DNA of 59,625 nt, counting the filler. It is 7 parts of 7 records of this genome, joined end to end, with 100 filler letters (N's around TTAATTAATTAA, not from the genome) between each part and the next. Parts side by side here need not be neighbours in the genome. Positions count along the whole stretch, not along the records: positions 30,316 to 36,257 come from DRR723986_30782; positions 36,358 to 46,872 come from DRR723986_30851; 5 more parts are not named here. The stretch is one strand, 5' to 3'. Position numbers and translations under genes: made by a program. The notes beneath the pieces were generated by a model. That model saw only the letters and a program-made list of their open reading frames with translations, was not told the DNA's origin and searched no databases. This document shows positions 32,508 to 43,993 of the stretch, one piece after another (positions within the stretch are counted from its first letter, which is position 1; each line of letters begins with the position of its first letter).

Positions 32508-32846
32508 AGCATATGTTCCGTTTTTTACACGTTTTGCGGAAATCACCGAAATCACAGGCCCGCAAATTGACTCTGAAAATACCCCGCGCTATTTTCGTTT
32601 CGCCTTAAAGCATAGCGCATTAGGCTACTCCCATAACTCGGATTTACCTCGTACTTCCTGCACGTGGAGCCTGCGGAACCCATTTAACTTTTTACTAATA
32701 GCTATTGGACAGACCTAAAAGTCCGCAGCCGCTAAGTCCGAGTAATTAACTCACGAAAACAACCCGACTGCAGCCCTGCAGTCAACAATTAGTCAGCACA
32801 CTGCAGTGTGTGCTGAAGGATTTCGCCATTTCTTGTGTGAGGTTTT

Positions 32847-35800
32847 GTGAACTCTTTAGCTCCTGTTTCCCGGCAGCGAGTAGCTACCGCTCGTGCATTT
32901 TTGATTTTTGGATTTCTTCTAACATTTTGTTTAACGTCTGTTTTTGGGCAAAAAAACGAGACCCTAACGGCGCCGAAAAAAACGACTGAAGGCACGCTTG
33001 TGCAGGGGACGCATCAGCACGCTGGCCACGACCATTGTCAATCTCATGATCATGACCATGCGCATGTACAGTACTCTGCCGATCACGGTGTTAACCATCA
33101 GCATCAGCACCAGCACATCGACCAGTCCAACCTTTTAAACGAGCAAAATTTGCAGGACATAATTGCACGCATTGGCGCAGATGCACCTTGTGATGCGTCC
33201 GCAAGTCCTGCACTGTTCACACAACTCACACAACCATTTGTAAGTGATGAGTTACCTGATGGCGCGGCATTCCTTCAGGTTAACGAATCCGAGTTTACAA
33301 CACAGCTTGACGGCTTTGCCGTCGCTGTTCCAAGGCAATTTTGTTTTCCACTGAGTTCCACGCGAACAGTCACTTTGACTCTTGAACGTTTTCGCGTGTT
33401 ACACGACGATGCCAAAGTCGTCGCTGCCGACGGTGAAGCCGAAGAGATTTTCACTCCCGACCCCGCAATGTTTCTGGAAGGAACTGTTAACGACATACCC
33501 GGTTCACATGTTTACATGGCCGTGTTTCAGCGCTACGTTAGCGGATACATTGAGATACCGGCATCTGCGGGAACAGCCAAACAGCGATTTGTAATTGCAC
33601 CACTAGATGAGCCGGGCAACCAACAGGCGACGATCATTGTGTACGATCAGGCGCTTGTTAACAATCCTCCTCCAGTTGGTGGATCTGCCGGCGGCGAATT
33701 CACCGGCTGCGGCAGTGAAGGCCTGGACGACTACTACGAGCAGAGCCGCAAGTCAATCGAAGAACACCAGGCCAAAAAGAAAGGCTCAAAAGATCGCGCG
33801 CAGAGCTCCGACATTATGATCGTGGATGTTGCCGTTGATTGTGATTCACAATACTTTGCAGATCACGGCTCAAACCTCTCGCGTTCGGTTAACTATGTGC
33901 GCACCGTTATGGGCTCTGTTTCAGCGCTCTACAAACGCGACGCCAATTTGCGCATCCTCATGCCCTATGTGCGCATCTGGCGCAGTGGCGATCCCTACAA
34001 CGACACTGACACCCGCCAAATGCTGTTTGACATGCGCTCGTACTGGAATACGAACATGCGCGATGTTGACCGCGCCCTGGCGCACATGTTTACCGGCCGT
34101 AACGGCAGTGGTGGAATCGCCTGGGTTAACGTTTTGTGTTCCAGCAAACTTTCCGGTTACGGATATGCCGTGAGCGGCTTGCGCAGCAACTACAACTACC
34201 CGCGCACCAGCTATGCCTGGGATACAGATGTTACCGCGCACGAACTGGGCCACAACCTTGGCTCTTCACATACACACTCCTGTTCGTGGAACCCTGCCAT
34301 CGACTCCTGCTATGATGCCGAGGGCAGCTGCTTCCCCAACCGCGTGAGCCGCCGTGGCACAATCATGAGTTACTGCCACCTGACTTCCAGCGGTAAAGGT
34401 TTGTACCTGCACCCCAGAGTTGCCAGCCTGATTCGCTCACGTGTTGAAAACGCCAGTTGCACCTACCGCGAAGAAAAATCAGCGGCCAAAGACCTCGCCG
34501 TCATGAGCATTGCACTGCCAGAACCGGGAGCGGCGATGCTCGACTCCACGGACTTCATTCCTAAACTGGTCGTTAAAAACATCGGAACCGAAGACCAGAC
34601 AAATGTGGATGTGACCTTCCTTATCGAAGAGTTTGACGGCACCGACGTTTGGAGCTCAACGGCAACCATAGACCTTGATGCAGGTGAAACCCGCCATGTG
34701 AGTTTTGCCTCAACCTCACTCGTAAGTATCGAAGACTATTTCGCGCAAGGTGAAATCACCCTGGCCAACGACGCCCGTCTTTCAAACAACAAATCCAGGC
34801 ACCAGTTTTCAGTTGTGGGCTCGTACTCGGGAACACTCGACTTAACATCACACAACAGCGATACAACTTTAGTCTCGGGGTCAACCAGTAAAATTACATG
34901 GACGCGCAGTGGCGTCACGAATGTGTCAATCGAATATTCACCCGATGACGGCGCCAACTGGTACACCATTCGTTACACACAGTCTGCCAGTTCCGGCGAA
35001 TACAACTGGATAGTGCCCGCTGTTAACACAGATGACGCGCGCATTCGGATTAACGATCGCAACAACGCCAACTTAAATGATATCAGCGATGATGTTTTCA
35101 GCATCACAGTCCGGAAAGACATAGAAGTTCGCGAGATTGTCAACCACAGCTTTAACGGTACTTCCCGGCCCTCTTTTGTGCCGCGGGTAGAAGTCCGCAA
35201 TAACGGAAGCCTGGATGCTACGAATGTGCCGGTCACGGTGCGTGTTATCAGCGCAGACCTGAACCGCGATGTCTTCTCTTCTTCGGCAACACTGTCGCTG
35301 GTATCTGCAAATACCATCGACACCCTCGATTTCCCGGAAATCAGTATCCCTGCCAGCGGGCAGCACATGATTCATGCGCGCGCCTTCCTGCCCGGTGATA
35401 CCGACGTGACGAATGACTCCGTCGCCCGTGCCAGCTACATGGTAGCCCCTACTCTTCTTGTTGAAGAACCTAACGGGGCCGAAAGCTGGCAGGTCGGCTC
35501 CCTGCAAAACATAGAGTGGCTTAACTCGGTGGGTACAATCGGCGGCATCCGCCTGGACTATTCTGTTAACAGCGGAAGTAGCTGGCAGAAAATTGTGCGG
35601 GCTACCGCCAACGACGGCGACTATAACTGGCGCGTGCCGAACGCTCCCGGCAGCGATGTGCGCGTCCGTGCCGCGGACAATAAACACGCCTTTGTTTTGG
35701 ACATAAGTGACGCAGACTTCACAATTGTTCCGATTCCCAAACCAACGAACATCAGCGTAAGCTCGGATGTCAGCGGTGTTAAAGTTGAATGGGATGACGG

Positions 35801-36257
35801 CGGTGTGGTTGACCTCGCCGGCTACCGTATTTATCGCGGTACTTCACCGGGATCACTCAGTCAAATTGCACAGGTCTCAGCGTCTACACGCAGCTACGAA
35901 CACAATTTCCTGACGGTCGGTCAAAAGTATTACTACGACGTGCGCGCACTTGCGGGCCCTTTCGAGTCCGAACCGGCGACGCCGATCGAATACTGTCGTT
36001 TCGCTCCAGTTCTGCTTGCCGAAGGACCACTTAGTTTCTGTAGTGGCGGCTCGGTAGTCCTGGACGCCGGAGCCAATCACACAAGTTACTTGTGGAGCAA
36101 TGGCGCTACTACTCGCAAAATTACCGTTACACAGGGCGGCTCGTACTCAGCCAGCATTACAACCAGTAGTGGCTGCCAGGGAACTACACCCGATGTAGTA
36201 GTTACTATTTCTCCAGCTCCCGACCCCACAATCACAGCTAACGGGCCAACTGAGTTC
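32847..36257 (+). CDS. Secreted M12/reprolysin-like zinc metallopeptidase with CARDB-like, Ig-like, Fn3 and Ig/PKD repeats; 3'-truncated
   Basis: Signal peptide, His-rich prodomain, HELGHNLGSSH zinc motif, Met-turn TIMSYCH, LAGYRIYRG Fn3, SYLWSNGAT repeats running into the gap. Confidence 0.9.
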
Positions 36258-36357
36258 NNNNNNNNNNNNNNNNNNNNNNNNNNNNNNNNNNNNNNNNNNN
36301 NTTAATTAATTAANNNNNNNNNNNNNNNNNNNNNNNNNNNNNNNNNNNNNNNNNNNN
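36258..36357. other. Artificial contig linker
   Basis: N-run / TTAATTAATTAA / N-run, 100 nt. Confidence 0.99.
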
Positions 36358-36502
36358 GTGCGAGTCGCACGGACGTATAGCGTGCTATACCCAATGAGTA
36401 GCTGACTCAAGTGGGCGCAGTAATGCTACATTCGAACTGGAAGCGCTCTAGTGAATCGCCAGCGGAACCGGTCGGTGCATCGCAGTGTTTTCCGTTGGCC
36501 AC

Positions 36503-36536
36503 AAAAAAAAGCGTGTGTCTGGTGACACACGCTTTT
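36503..36536 (-). terminator. Intrinsic terminator downstream of the RRM gene
   Basis: aaaaaaaagcgtgtgtc-tggt-gacacacgctttt; gives a U8 tail on the minus strand. Confidence 0.85.
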
Positions 36537-36675
36537 GTTCTTTCTGGTCAATCGCTAGCAACTAGCCAGCTTCGTTTTCAAACCTTTGCAGGGCCTTCCC
36601 ACTCTGTGTTGAATTCGAAATCGAATGTGGCTCGAACATGGGCGTGACTAGAGTCGCTTCGAGGGCAATGGCTGC

Positions 36676-37029
36676 TTAGTAGCCGCGGCGTCCGCCACGG
36701 TCACCGCCTCGATCGTCGCCGTAACGACCACCTCGGTCATCACCATAACGGCCACCGCCACCTCCGCCGCCGCGAGGGCGCTCGGTTCGTGGGCGAGCTT
36801 CATTGACCGTTACGCCACGGCCGCTGATTTCTTGGCCATTGACCGCTTCGATAGCGGAGTTGGCTTCATCGGAATTCGGCATTTCAACAAATGCGAATCC
36901 ACGAGAGCGACCGGTTTCCCGGTCCATGATAATGTTAACCGATGATACTTCGCCATGCTCGGAGAAAGCATTCCGCACATCGTCTTCAGTTGCGCGGAAC
37001 GACAAGTTCCCGACGTAAATATTCGTCAC
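36676..37029 (-). CDS. RNA recognition motif (RRM) protein with Gly/Arg-rich tail
   Basis: RNP2 IYVGNL, RNP1 RGFAFVEM, tail GGRYGDDR x2. Confidence 0.95.
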   Translation of the reverse strand: MTNIYVGNLSFRATEDDVRNAFSEHGEVSSVNIIMDRETGRSRGFAFVEMPNSDEANSAIEAVNGQEISGRGVTVNEARPRTERPRGGGGGGGRYGDDRGGRYGDDRGGDRGGRRGY

Positions 37030-37369
37030 CTTCAGATCCTCAATTCAAAACAGTGTCTTCTTACAAGAGTCTAACGATCTTCAACCTACACTGGCTCGAG
37101 GAGGGAAGGGTGGTTCCATCGGGCAATCGAGTTTCGGACCAACAGGCTCAGCGCTGGATTATGAGATCCTGGAAAGTGGTAGTCAATCGCGGGCCAGGGG
37201 CAATAGTCACAAATTTCACATCTTCAACGACGCTCATCGGCCAACCTCAGGGCTAGCAAACCAACGTCTATAGATGTTAACTCTGTGTTCAATTTGCTTG
37301 ATCAATGCGAGCCATCGGCGTCTGCCGATTCGAGAATCGCTCGCGAAGAAAAGGCCCGTTGACGCTCGC

Positions 37370-37888
37370 CTAGAGTAATCCCTTTAGCGCTTCCAAAGCG
37401 TTGTCGTAATTGGGTTCGTTGGTGACCTCAGGAACGATCTCGGAATACGCGACGTTGCCGGCAGCATCCAATACGAACACGCTGCGAGCGTGCAGCTTCA
37501 GTTCGTCAATCATGACGCCCCAGTCTTCGCCGAATTGCCCCGTCTGATAGTCGCTTCCGACACGCATGTTCTTGACTTCTTCAGCGCCGCAGAAACGATT
37601 CTGAGCGAATGGCAGGTCACAACTAACGGTTACTGCGTTCACTTTGTCAGCTAGGGAACCCAGTTCTTCGTTGAAGCGTTTGGTCTGGATTTGGCAAACA
37701 CCCGTGTCCAAACTTGGGACTACGGAAATAATCGATGGCTTGCCAGCAAGGTCGGCTTTCGACAGCGTCTGCAATCCGCCTTCGAAAAAGTGCAGGGAGA
37801 AGTCTGGTGCGGGTTGCCCCGATTGAACTTCGTTACCAAGCAGTGTCATTGGGGTACCTTTGAAGGTAACTGCTTCAGCGCGTGCCAT
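37370..37888 (-). CDS. tpx: Thiol peroxidase (atypical 2-Cys peroxiredoxin)
   Basis: VTFKGTP, VPSLDTGVC, DLPFAQNRFC, EPNYD; start ATG 37888 after ggag. Confidence 0.95.
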   Translation of the reverse strand: MARAEAVTFKGTPMTLLGNEVQSGQPAPDFSLHFFEGGLQTLSKADLAGKPSIISVVPSLDTGVCQIQTKRFNEELGSLADKVNAVTVSCDLPFAQNRFCGAEEVKNMRVGSDYQTGQFGEDWGVMIDELKLHARSVFVLDAAGNVAYSEIVPEVTNEPNYDNALEALKGLL

Positions 37889-38215
37889 AACTCTATCTCC
37901 GAGTGATTTTGGGGAATTCAAGCAACAAGATACCGGCAGCCTGGCTCGTCTGCGCAGGCTGACCGGATCAAGCGCAATCGTACGCGATCTGGTTGACGCG
38001 CCTAGTCGGCACTGATTACACGAGACGGCAACAAATGCTTAGAAGAAGATCACGCGGGTTGTAGACCGGTCACCGTGATCTCGTAGAACAAGGCGACTGA
38101 CTAGAACAATCGCGCGAGTCGGTGATAGGCCTAAGCAAACAGGCCGAGAGGTTAAGCTGTCTGGAAGCGGTTCCAGGCAGCTTCTAATGATCTTAGTTCG
38201 CTTTCGCCGCCAACC

Positions 38216-38461
38216 TTATTGGCTGACGGTGGCCATCCAATCAACTTCAAGTTCGTTGATGACTTTCTCAACGCCGTTGAGTTTCCGAAGCGCCTCTTGG
38301 GCCATCTGCTTCTGAAAGAATGATTGGACTTTGCCGTGCAGTACGATCGTTCCCGATTCTTCCTGGCAGAAGACTTGGTGGCCGGCAAGGTGACGGCTGC
38401 CTCGGATTGCCGAATCGACTCGAGTCAGGAGGGCATCGGATTGTTCAGTTGCGTTTTCCAC
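38216..38461 (-). CDS. BON domain protein
   Basis: VLHGKVQSFFQKQMAQEAL...GVEKVINELEV. Confidence 0.85.
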   Translation of the reverse strand: MENATEQSDALLTRVDSAIRGSRHLAGHQVFCQEESGTIVLHGKVQSFFQKQMAQEALRKLNGVEKVINELEVDWMATVSQ

Positions 38462-38711
38462 GGCGCACCTTTCTTCAGATTTGAGCGGTCCACGTCTCGA
38501 TTAGAAACGACTGCGAACCAGTGCTGTCCACCGCGCGGCGGGATGGGCGTCGCACGACAGTCTCGGAGATTTGGGAAGGGAGAATTGCTGGAGGCTACAC
38601 GTAAGAAAGTCGACGCCCCCGACAACTGTAGTTCACGACTTTTGTCGGAATCGCCGGAATCCGATGCTAGCAAACCCTTCTGTGAACCGGGTTGATCAGT
38701 GCTAACGATTA

Positions 38712-40019
38712 TTAGGGCGCTAGCCGCGTCAGTCGCGAGTTGATGCTGGGGTGAAGCCACGTGTGGCGTTCGGTGGACGTACCGTCAGAAAGGAGTGCAA
38801 GAGCCTGCGATAGCGCCTCTTCGGGCGGCACGTCGCTCTGCCAATGCCCCGCTTCACGCGCCAAAATACAGGCGTAGCGGTCGGCATCGAACTCGCAGCG
38901 ATGCGCGACAAAACGAATGCCTGCCAACAGAACGATGATTGCAAGCACAACCAGCGCTGTCGTGACAGGTGCACTGGGAGAAGCCGCCAGGGGCAGCAGC
39001 AAGAGCGCCGCAGCACAGAGTGGGACGAGCCGCCACGCGAAGTGCATTCTTTTCACATGGGCAAGTTCGTGCAGTAGCACCATGTCCGTTTGCTCTGCGG
39101 TGAATGTCTCTGCGATCCAGCCACTCAGCCAGAGATGCCGGAGGCCTGGGATCCAACCTACGATGGCCGCGCCCATCCAGCGACCCTCAGGCGATGTTAC
39201 TTGTAGTTCAACGCCTCGCGCGCCAACGCTTTGCGTGAGTCCTTGGAACCGCCTTTTCAGGTTTTCGTCATTAGATGCAGACCCAAACCACAACGATAGA
39301 ACATGCGGACCAACCACAACGAATGTTAGCAAACCACAGCCGCTAGCTGCCCCTTTGCTCCAAGCCGACATGCCATCACCCAGTAGTGCCAGAAGCAAGT
39401 CGTTGAAAAACGCAATACAGAACAGAGGCGTTACGCAAAGCATGAACGACGCAAAATCCCCCGAGCGGAGTTTCTGCAGTAGCAACTGCTGCCAGCCTGG
39501 TGAGTTTGAGTGGTGCGGTTCTCGCTGCTCGATCAGGATTTCGTCGAGCTGCGCAGTTGTCCAGTCGAGTAGTACGACGAACAGTAGCGAAGGAAGGAAC
39601 CAGCACACGACTAGGATTGTTTTTGACGCGCCTGTTTGTTCAGCATGGGCAAGACAACTGGCCCAGCCAGTAAGCAACAAGATCGCTGGTAAGCTTCCGA
39701 CCCATAAGTATTCAACGATCTCACGGATTTTTGACGCCGCGTGATGAATGTCGAACGTCGCATCGCTGTCCACAGTGCGGGGCGTCAGCAGGCTTGGAGG
39801 CTGAAGTGTGGCGTGGTTGCGGGCAAGCAGCCCGAGAATAAGCGATTTGTGAAGCAAGCCGAACGCGAGCACCGCCACAACTGCACGAGCGACGGACCAT
39901 GTGATCGTCGACTCGCCGTCAGACCATTGCGTCGCTACTTCTCGGCACAGCAGCGTCAGCAGAATCAGTAGAAAGATACGTAGTGAGACCATGCCTCCCA
40001 CGTTAATTGGCCACAGCAC
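38712..40019 (-). CDS. Membrane zinc metalloprotease, M48/M56-like (start uncertain; alternative ATG 39992)
   Basis: Multiple TM helices, VLLHELAH, EFDADRYA, WLHPSINSRL. Confidence 0.82.
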   Translation of the reverse strand: MLWPINVGGMVSLRIFLLILLTLLCREVATQWSDGESTITWSVARAVVAVLAFGLLHKSLILGLLARNHATLQPPSLLTPRTVDSDATFDIHHAASKIREIVEYLWVGSLPAILLLTGWASCLAHAEQTGASKTILVVCWFLPSLLFVVLLDWTTAQLDEILIEQREPHHSNSPGWQQLLLQKLRSGDFASFMLCVTPLFCIAFFNDLLLALLGDGMSAWSKGAASGCGLLTFVVVGPHVLSLWFGSASNDENLKRRFQGLTQSVGARGVELQVTSPEGRWMGAAIVGWIPGLRHLWLSGWIAETFTAEQTDMVLLHELAHVKRMHFAWRLVPLCAAALLLLPLAASPSAPVTTALVVLAIIVLLAGIRFVAHRCEFDADRYACILAREAGHWQSDVPPEEALSQALALLSDGTSTERHTWLHPSINSRLTRLAP

Positions 40020-40149
40020 GTCTGCGAATACTGCGGTACCCGTGGCTGCAGAATGGCAGGATTCACTACCGATTATGCAGCGGGGTGCGTTTGCAGCGGC
40101 TGTAGGGCCAGGGGTCTGGTTCGTCGCCGAACATCAACCGACTCGCGGG

Positions 40150-41508
40150 CTAGGCCGATTTAGGCAGGCTGCCTGCCGCTATCTGGTTCAGTTTGTTGTA
40201 GAGGGTTTTTAGGCTGATGCCAAGTTCCTCCGCGGCCGCTTGCTTGTTGCCATCGTGCCGCGTAACGGCTTCTTGGATCGCAGTGAATTCCAGTTCCTTC
40301 AGGGAGATCGGTCCCATTGATCGGAGCTCTTTGCGTAGTCGCCGGTCGGTGAAGTGTTTAGGAAGATGCTCCCGGTCAATTGGTGGCAACTCGCACAGGA
40401 TCGATGCGTGCTCGATTACATTTGCCAGCTCGCGAACGTTTCCAGGCCAGACGTGCCCGATGAGTTCTTGCATGGCATCTTCTGTGAAGATCTCATTGTC
40501 CGGGTTCGGGACATCTCGGAAGCGACGGAACAGATGTACGGCTAGTTCTGGAATATCGGTGGAGCGTTCACGCAGAGTCGGAATGTGAACTTCGAACGTG
40601 TTGATGCGGAACATCAAGTCCTCGCGAAACTCGCCATCCTCGACCATTTTTTCTAGGTCGCGGTGAGTCGCGCAAACGACCCGCACGTCGACTTTGGACG
40701 GGGCGTTGTCGCCAACCTTGCGAATTTCGCGGCTTTCCAGAACACGCAGCAGCTTGGCTTGCATTCCAAGTGGAAGCTCGCCAATTTCATCTAGGAAGAT
40801 GGTTCCTCCGTCGGCGGCTGTAAACAAGCCTTCACGAGCATTGTCTGCACCGGTGAAGGCGCCTTTCTTGTGACCGAACAGTTCGCTTTCGATCAGGTTT
40901 TCAGGTAGCGCCCCACAGTTAATCGCCACAAAGGGCTGGTCTGCACGAGGGCTTTCGTCGTGAACGCTCTTGGCAACCAATTCTTTACCACAGCCAGTTT
41001 CGCCGCGAATGAGAACCGTTGAGTTGGTTGGGGCAACGCGTGACACCAGCTTCTTGACCGATTGCATGGCCGGGTGGTCGCCAATTAAACGGTCGGGTTC
41101 TGTCTTGCCTTGACGCGTGCGCTTGGCTGCAAAGTACTGTCGAACCGCGTCGCGCCGACTTTCTACTTTGGCCAGCAGCTCTTGAAGCTCAGTCAAGCGG
41201 CAGGGTTTGGTGAGGTAGTCACAGGCACCGTTGCGCATCGCCCCAACGGCTGTCTCGAGCGATTCTTTGCCGGTCAGCACGATCGCTTCGGTTTCTGGTG
41301 AGATCTCTTTGACCTTCCCAATGACTTCGACGCCGTGCATGCCGGGCATGTCTAAGTCAACGAGTAGGCAATCGTAGGACTGTTTCTTGGCTTCGCGAAC
41401 TGCAGACTTTCCATCTGGGCAGACCGTTACCTGGTGACCCATCCGAGGCAACTCCATGCTCATCAGGTCTTGTAGTGATTCTTCGTCGTCGGCAAAAAGA
41501 ATATGCAT
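40150..41508 (-). CDS. Sigma-54-dependent response regulator (NtrC family)
   Basis: Receiver ADDE...DLDMPG, Walker [30 protein letters not shown], Fis-type HTH. Confidence 0.96.
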   Translation of the reverse strand: MHILFADDEESLQDLMSMELPRMGHQVTVCPDGKSAVREAKKQSYDCLLVDLDMPGMHGVEVIGKVKEISPETEAIVLTGKESLETAVGAMRNGACDYLTKPCRLTELQELLAKVESRRDAVRQYFAAKRTRQGKTEPDRLIGDHPAMQSVKKLVSRVAPTNSTVLIRGETGCGKELVAKSVHDESPRADQPFVAINCGALPENLIESELFGHKKGAFTGADNAREGLFTAADGGTIFLDEIGELPLGMQAKLLRVLESREIRKVGDNAPSKVDVRVVCATHRDLEKMVEDGEFREDLMFRINTFEVHIPTLRERSTDIPELAVHLFRRFRDVPNPDNEIFTEDAMQELIGHVWPGNVRELANVIEHASILCELPPIDREHLPKHFTDRRLRKELRSMGPISLKELEFTAIQEAVTRHDGNKQAAAEELGISLKTLYNKLNQIAAGSLPKSA

Positions 41509-41511
41509 TGG

Positions 41512-43125
41512 TCAAGCGGCCTTGAGGTGTCCGTTGGAATGTTCGTCGTCGGCTTGCACGGGTATGGAAAGCGTCATCGTGGCACCTTTGCCCGGTCCCT
41601 CACTGAAGGGGACGAGTGTGCCGCCATGGTCCTGGACGATCCGGTAAGAAATGCTCATACCCAGTCCGGTGCCGCGTCCATCCCTGCGCCGTGTGTAAAA
41701 CGGTTCAAAGAGGTGTTGTTTGGTTTCTTCAGTCATGCCACAGCCCGAGTCCCGAACCGTCAGTCGGACGTGATTCGATTTCTCGGTCAGCTCGACCCTA
41801 ACCGTGTCGCCATCGTCACTTGCATCCAGTGCATTGGTAAGTAGGTTCAGTGTGACTTGCTTGAACTCGGTTGGGCTGACGTAGCCTGTGACTCCATTTT
41901 CGCAGACAAGCGAAATGCGTTTGTTGCGGTACTGTCCCAGATGCTGGACGAGTTCGACGACATCTTTGACAGACTCGGAAATGTCCGTAATTTGTTTTCG
42001 TTGGGATTCGCCCAGCCGCGAAAAATCAAGTAGTTTCTCAGTGATGCCTTTGCAACGGAATGCTTCGTCTTGGATCCTGCTCAGGTATTTTCGCAGGACT
42101 TCAATTTCTTCGTCTGAGAAGTCTTTTTCCGGTTCGAAACCCGCCGCTGTGCCTGCATGAGCACGGTTGAGCGTTTCGTGCAAGCGTGATTCGAGGGCTT
42201 CGGCACTCCAGGCAATGGAGGCGAGTGGGTTGTTGATTTCGTGTGCAACACCAGCCGCCAGGAATCCAACGCTGGCAAGTTGTTCGCTTCTGACGACCTC
42301 TTGAGTTCTCTGTTTGACTTTGTCGTTCAGATTCTCTTCCACTTCGACAAATCGGTCGGTCATGTTGTTGAGTGCATCAGCTAGCTCGGCCAGTTCATCG
42401 CTGGAATCAACTTTTACGCGATGCTGGAAGTCGCCCTTGGCAATCTTGCGACTGCCAGCGATCAGTGTTTTGAATGGACCAACCACACTAATGCGGAAGA
42501 AACAGAAAGAGGCGACCACAATCGTGATTGCGATCAGGCTGGTTACCGAAGTCACGATGATCAACGCTCGGTAGCGACTGCGTACTTCACCACGAAAATG
42601 CCGCATGCGATCGAGCACGAATGTGGGCAACTGTTGGACCTGGTCGACCATCAACTGAATATCCGCCTTTACCAGGTCGCTGGTAATGCGGTTGTAGTCT
42701 GTGTTTCCAGGCTGGCACAGTTGCTTAAGGTCGTCCATCGTCAGACGAACAGCCTGCACGCAGCTCAGTTCGCTGTCACGGTCAGCCAGGAAGTGATCAA
42801 ATTCGTCGTAGCTCGCCAACTGCCGCTCATAGGCCTCAAGCCGGATGTCGACTTCTTGTAGCTGATTGCGAAAGTCGCTCCGGTGTACTGGAGTGACATC
42901 GTTGACGAAGTAGGAGTCGCCGTCCGAAAGACGCATCAGCTTGTCAAGTTCAACCCGCAGGTCACTGGTCGTGTGAAGTTCGGTGGCCAACTGTTCCACC
43001 ATCAGTGTCAGATGCCGGTACGCGTAGGCACCGCTCAGGCTGCAGTACATCAACCCAACGAGGATGCACAGGAGCATGATCGTACCGATCAGGATCTTCT
43101 TGCGAATCAACATGTTGTTGAGCAT
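41512..43125 (-). CDS. Membrane sensor histidine kinase with HAMP domain
   Basis: Two TMs, HAMP, AHEINNPL, NLLTNA, DSGCG, FEPFYT, GTGLG. Confidence 0.95.
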   Translation of the reverse strand: MLNNMLIRKKILIGTIMLLCILVGLMYCSLSGAYAYRHLTLMVEQLATELHTTSDLRVELDKLMRLSDGDSYFVNDVTPVHRSDFRNQLQEVDIRLEAYERQLASYDEFDHFLADRDSELSCVQAVRLTMDDLKQLCQPGNTDYNRITSDLVKADIQLMVDQVQQLPTFVLDRMRHFRGEVRSRYRALIIVTSVTSLIAITIVVASFCFFRISVVGPFKTLIAGSRKIAKGDFQHRVKVDSSDELAELADALNNMTDRFVEVEENLNDKVKQRTQEVVRSEQLASVGFLAAGVAHEINNPLASIAWSAEALESRLHETLNRAHAGTAAGFEPEKDFSDEEIEVLRKYLSRIQDEAFRCKGITEKLLDFSRLGESQRKQITDISESVKDVVELVQHLGQYRNKRISLVCENGVTGYVSPTEFKQVTLNLLTNALDASDDGDTVRVELTEKSNHVRLTVRDSGCGMTEETKQHLFEPFYTRRRDGRGTGLGMSISYRIVQDHGGTLVPFSEGPGKGATMTLSIPVQADDEHSNGHLKAA

Positions 43126-43240
43126 CTTGAGTGACTCCAGCCAAGGTTGGCAGCGGGCGTAGGGACGTAGGTCTATTTGGATTGAGGCAATTCAAATAGA
43201 AGGTCGGGCGGTTCGTAGTCGCACAAATGCGAGCTGCGGT

Positions 43241-43780
43241 TTAACCCATTGCAATCCGTGCATAGTGCCATGCAACAACCGCTGCCAAGCCGCAGAGGGT
43301 CGCCAAAACACCGCGATACTCACGGTTCCGTTTCCATTCCATTAGCGTCCAGCCCGAGAAGGCTTTGGAGCTAAGGCGTCGAGGGAACAGTCTTGGTGTC
43401 GACTTGCGATACGCGGGCCATTGGTCCGGGAACATGCGGTTGAGTCGAACTTCTTCAAACTCGACTTGGCCAAAGTACAAGAACGTCAGAGGCCCGGCGA
43501 CGAAGATCAGAGTCGGGAGGTCTTTGCAGAGAACGCAAAACCCAAACATCATGAGGAACGACCCCAGGTACAGTGGGTTGCGAGACAGCGCGTAAGGGCC
43601 CGTGGTTGTCAGTTCGCGAGACTTATTCAAAGTGCCCGCGGCCCAGGAGCGAATTCCAAGACCGATCAGGACTAGGGAAAGGGCTCCAATGACCCAAGGG
43701 TTTGATAGGTGCAGCGGATTGTGCGGAATCGTCTGCCTGATCGCGACGTTGTACGTGATCAGACTTAGGAATCCAACCAA
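43241..43780 (-). CDS. Isoprenylcysteine carboxyl methyltransferase/PEMT-family membrane protein (start may be an ATT at 43900)
   Basis: IRSWAAG, LTTTGPYALSRNPLYLG, EEVRL...YRKSTPR. Confidence 0.85.
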   Translation of the reverse strand: MVGFLSLITYNVAIRQTIPHNPLHLSNPWVIGALSLVLIGLGIRSWAAGTLNKSRELTTTGPYALSRNPLYLGSFLMMFGFCVLCKDLPTLIFVAGPLTFLYFGQVEFEEVRLNRMFPDQWPAYRKSTPRLFPRRLSSKAFSGWTLMEWKRNREYRGVLATLCGLAAVVAWHYARIAMG

Positions 43781-43993
43781 GCTGATACCGACGCGCCACC
43801 GCGCGAGCCAGTTTCGTAGTTTCGTCGGAAATAGGATTAGGCCGGCGTTTCCGTCCCAGCCAGATTCCTGCAGGGGTCGGTCTTGTAGTTGAGTAGAAAT
43901 GACGCACTCCCTTGCGACTAAATTGCTCTTGCGCTAATTGTTCTAGCAGTGTTCGAAACACACGACTGGCAACTGTTTGCCGCCGGTGAAAAG

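Noticed and set aside
38917-39744. 275-aa plus-strand ORF
   Set aside because: Antisense shadow of the membrane protease, with no motifs.
43967-43980. Sigma-54 promoter TGGCAACTGTTTGC near the two-component genes
   Set aside because: GG-to-GC spacing is 9 rather than 10, and it is on the opposite strand to the genes.
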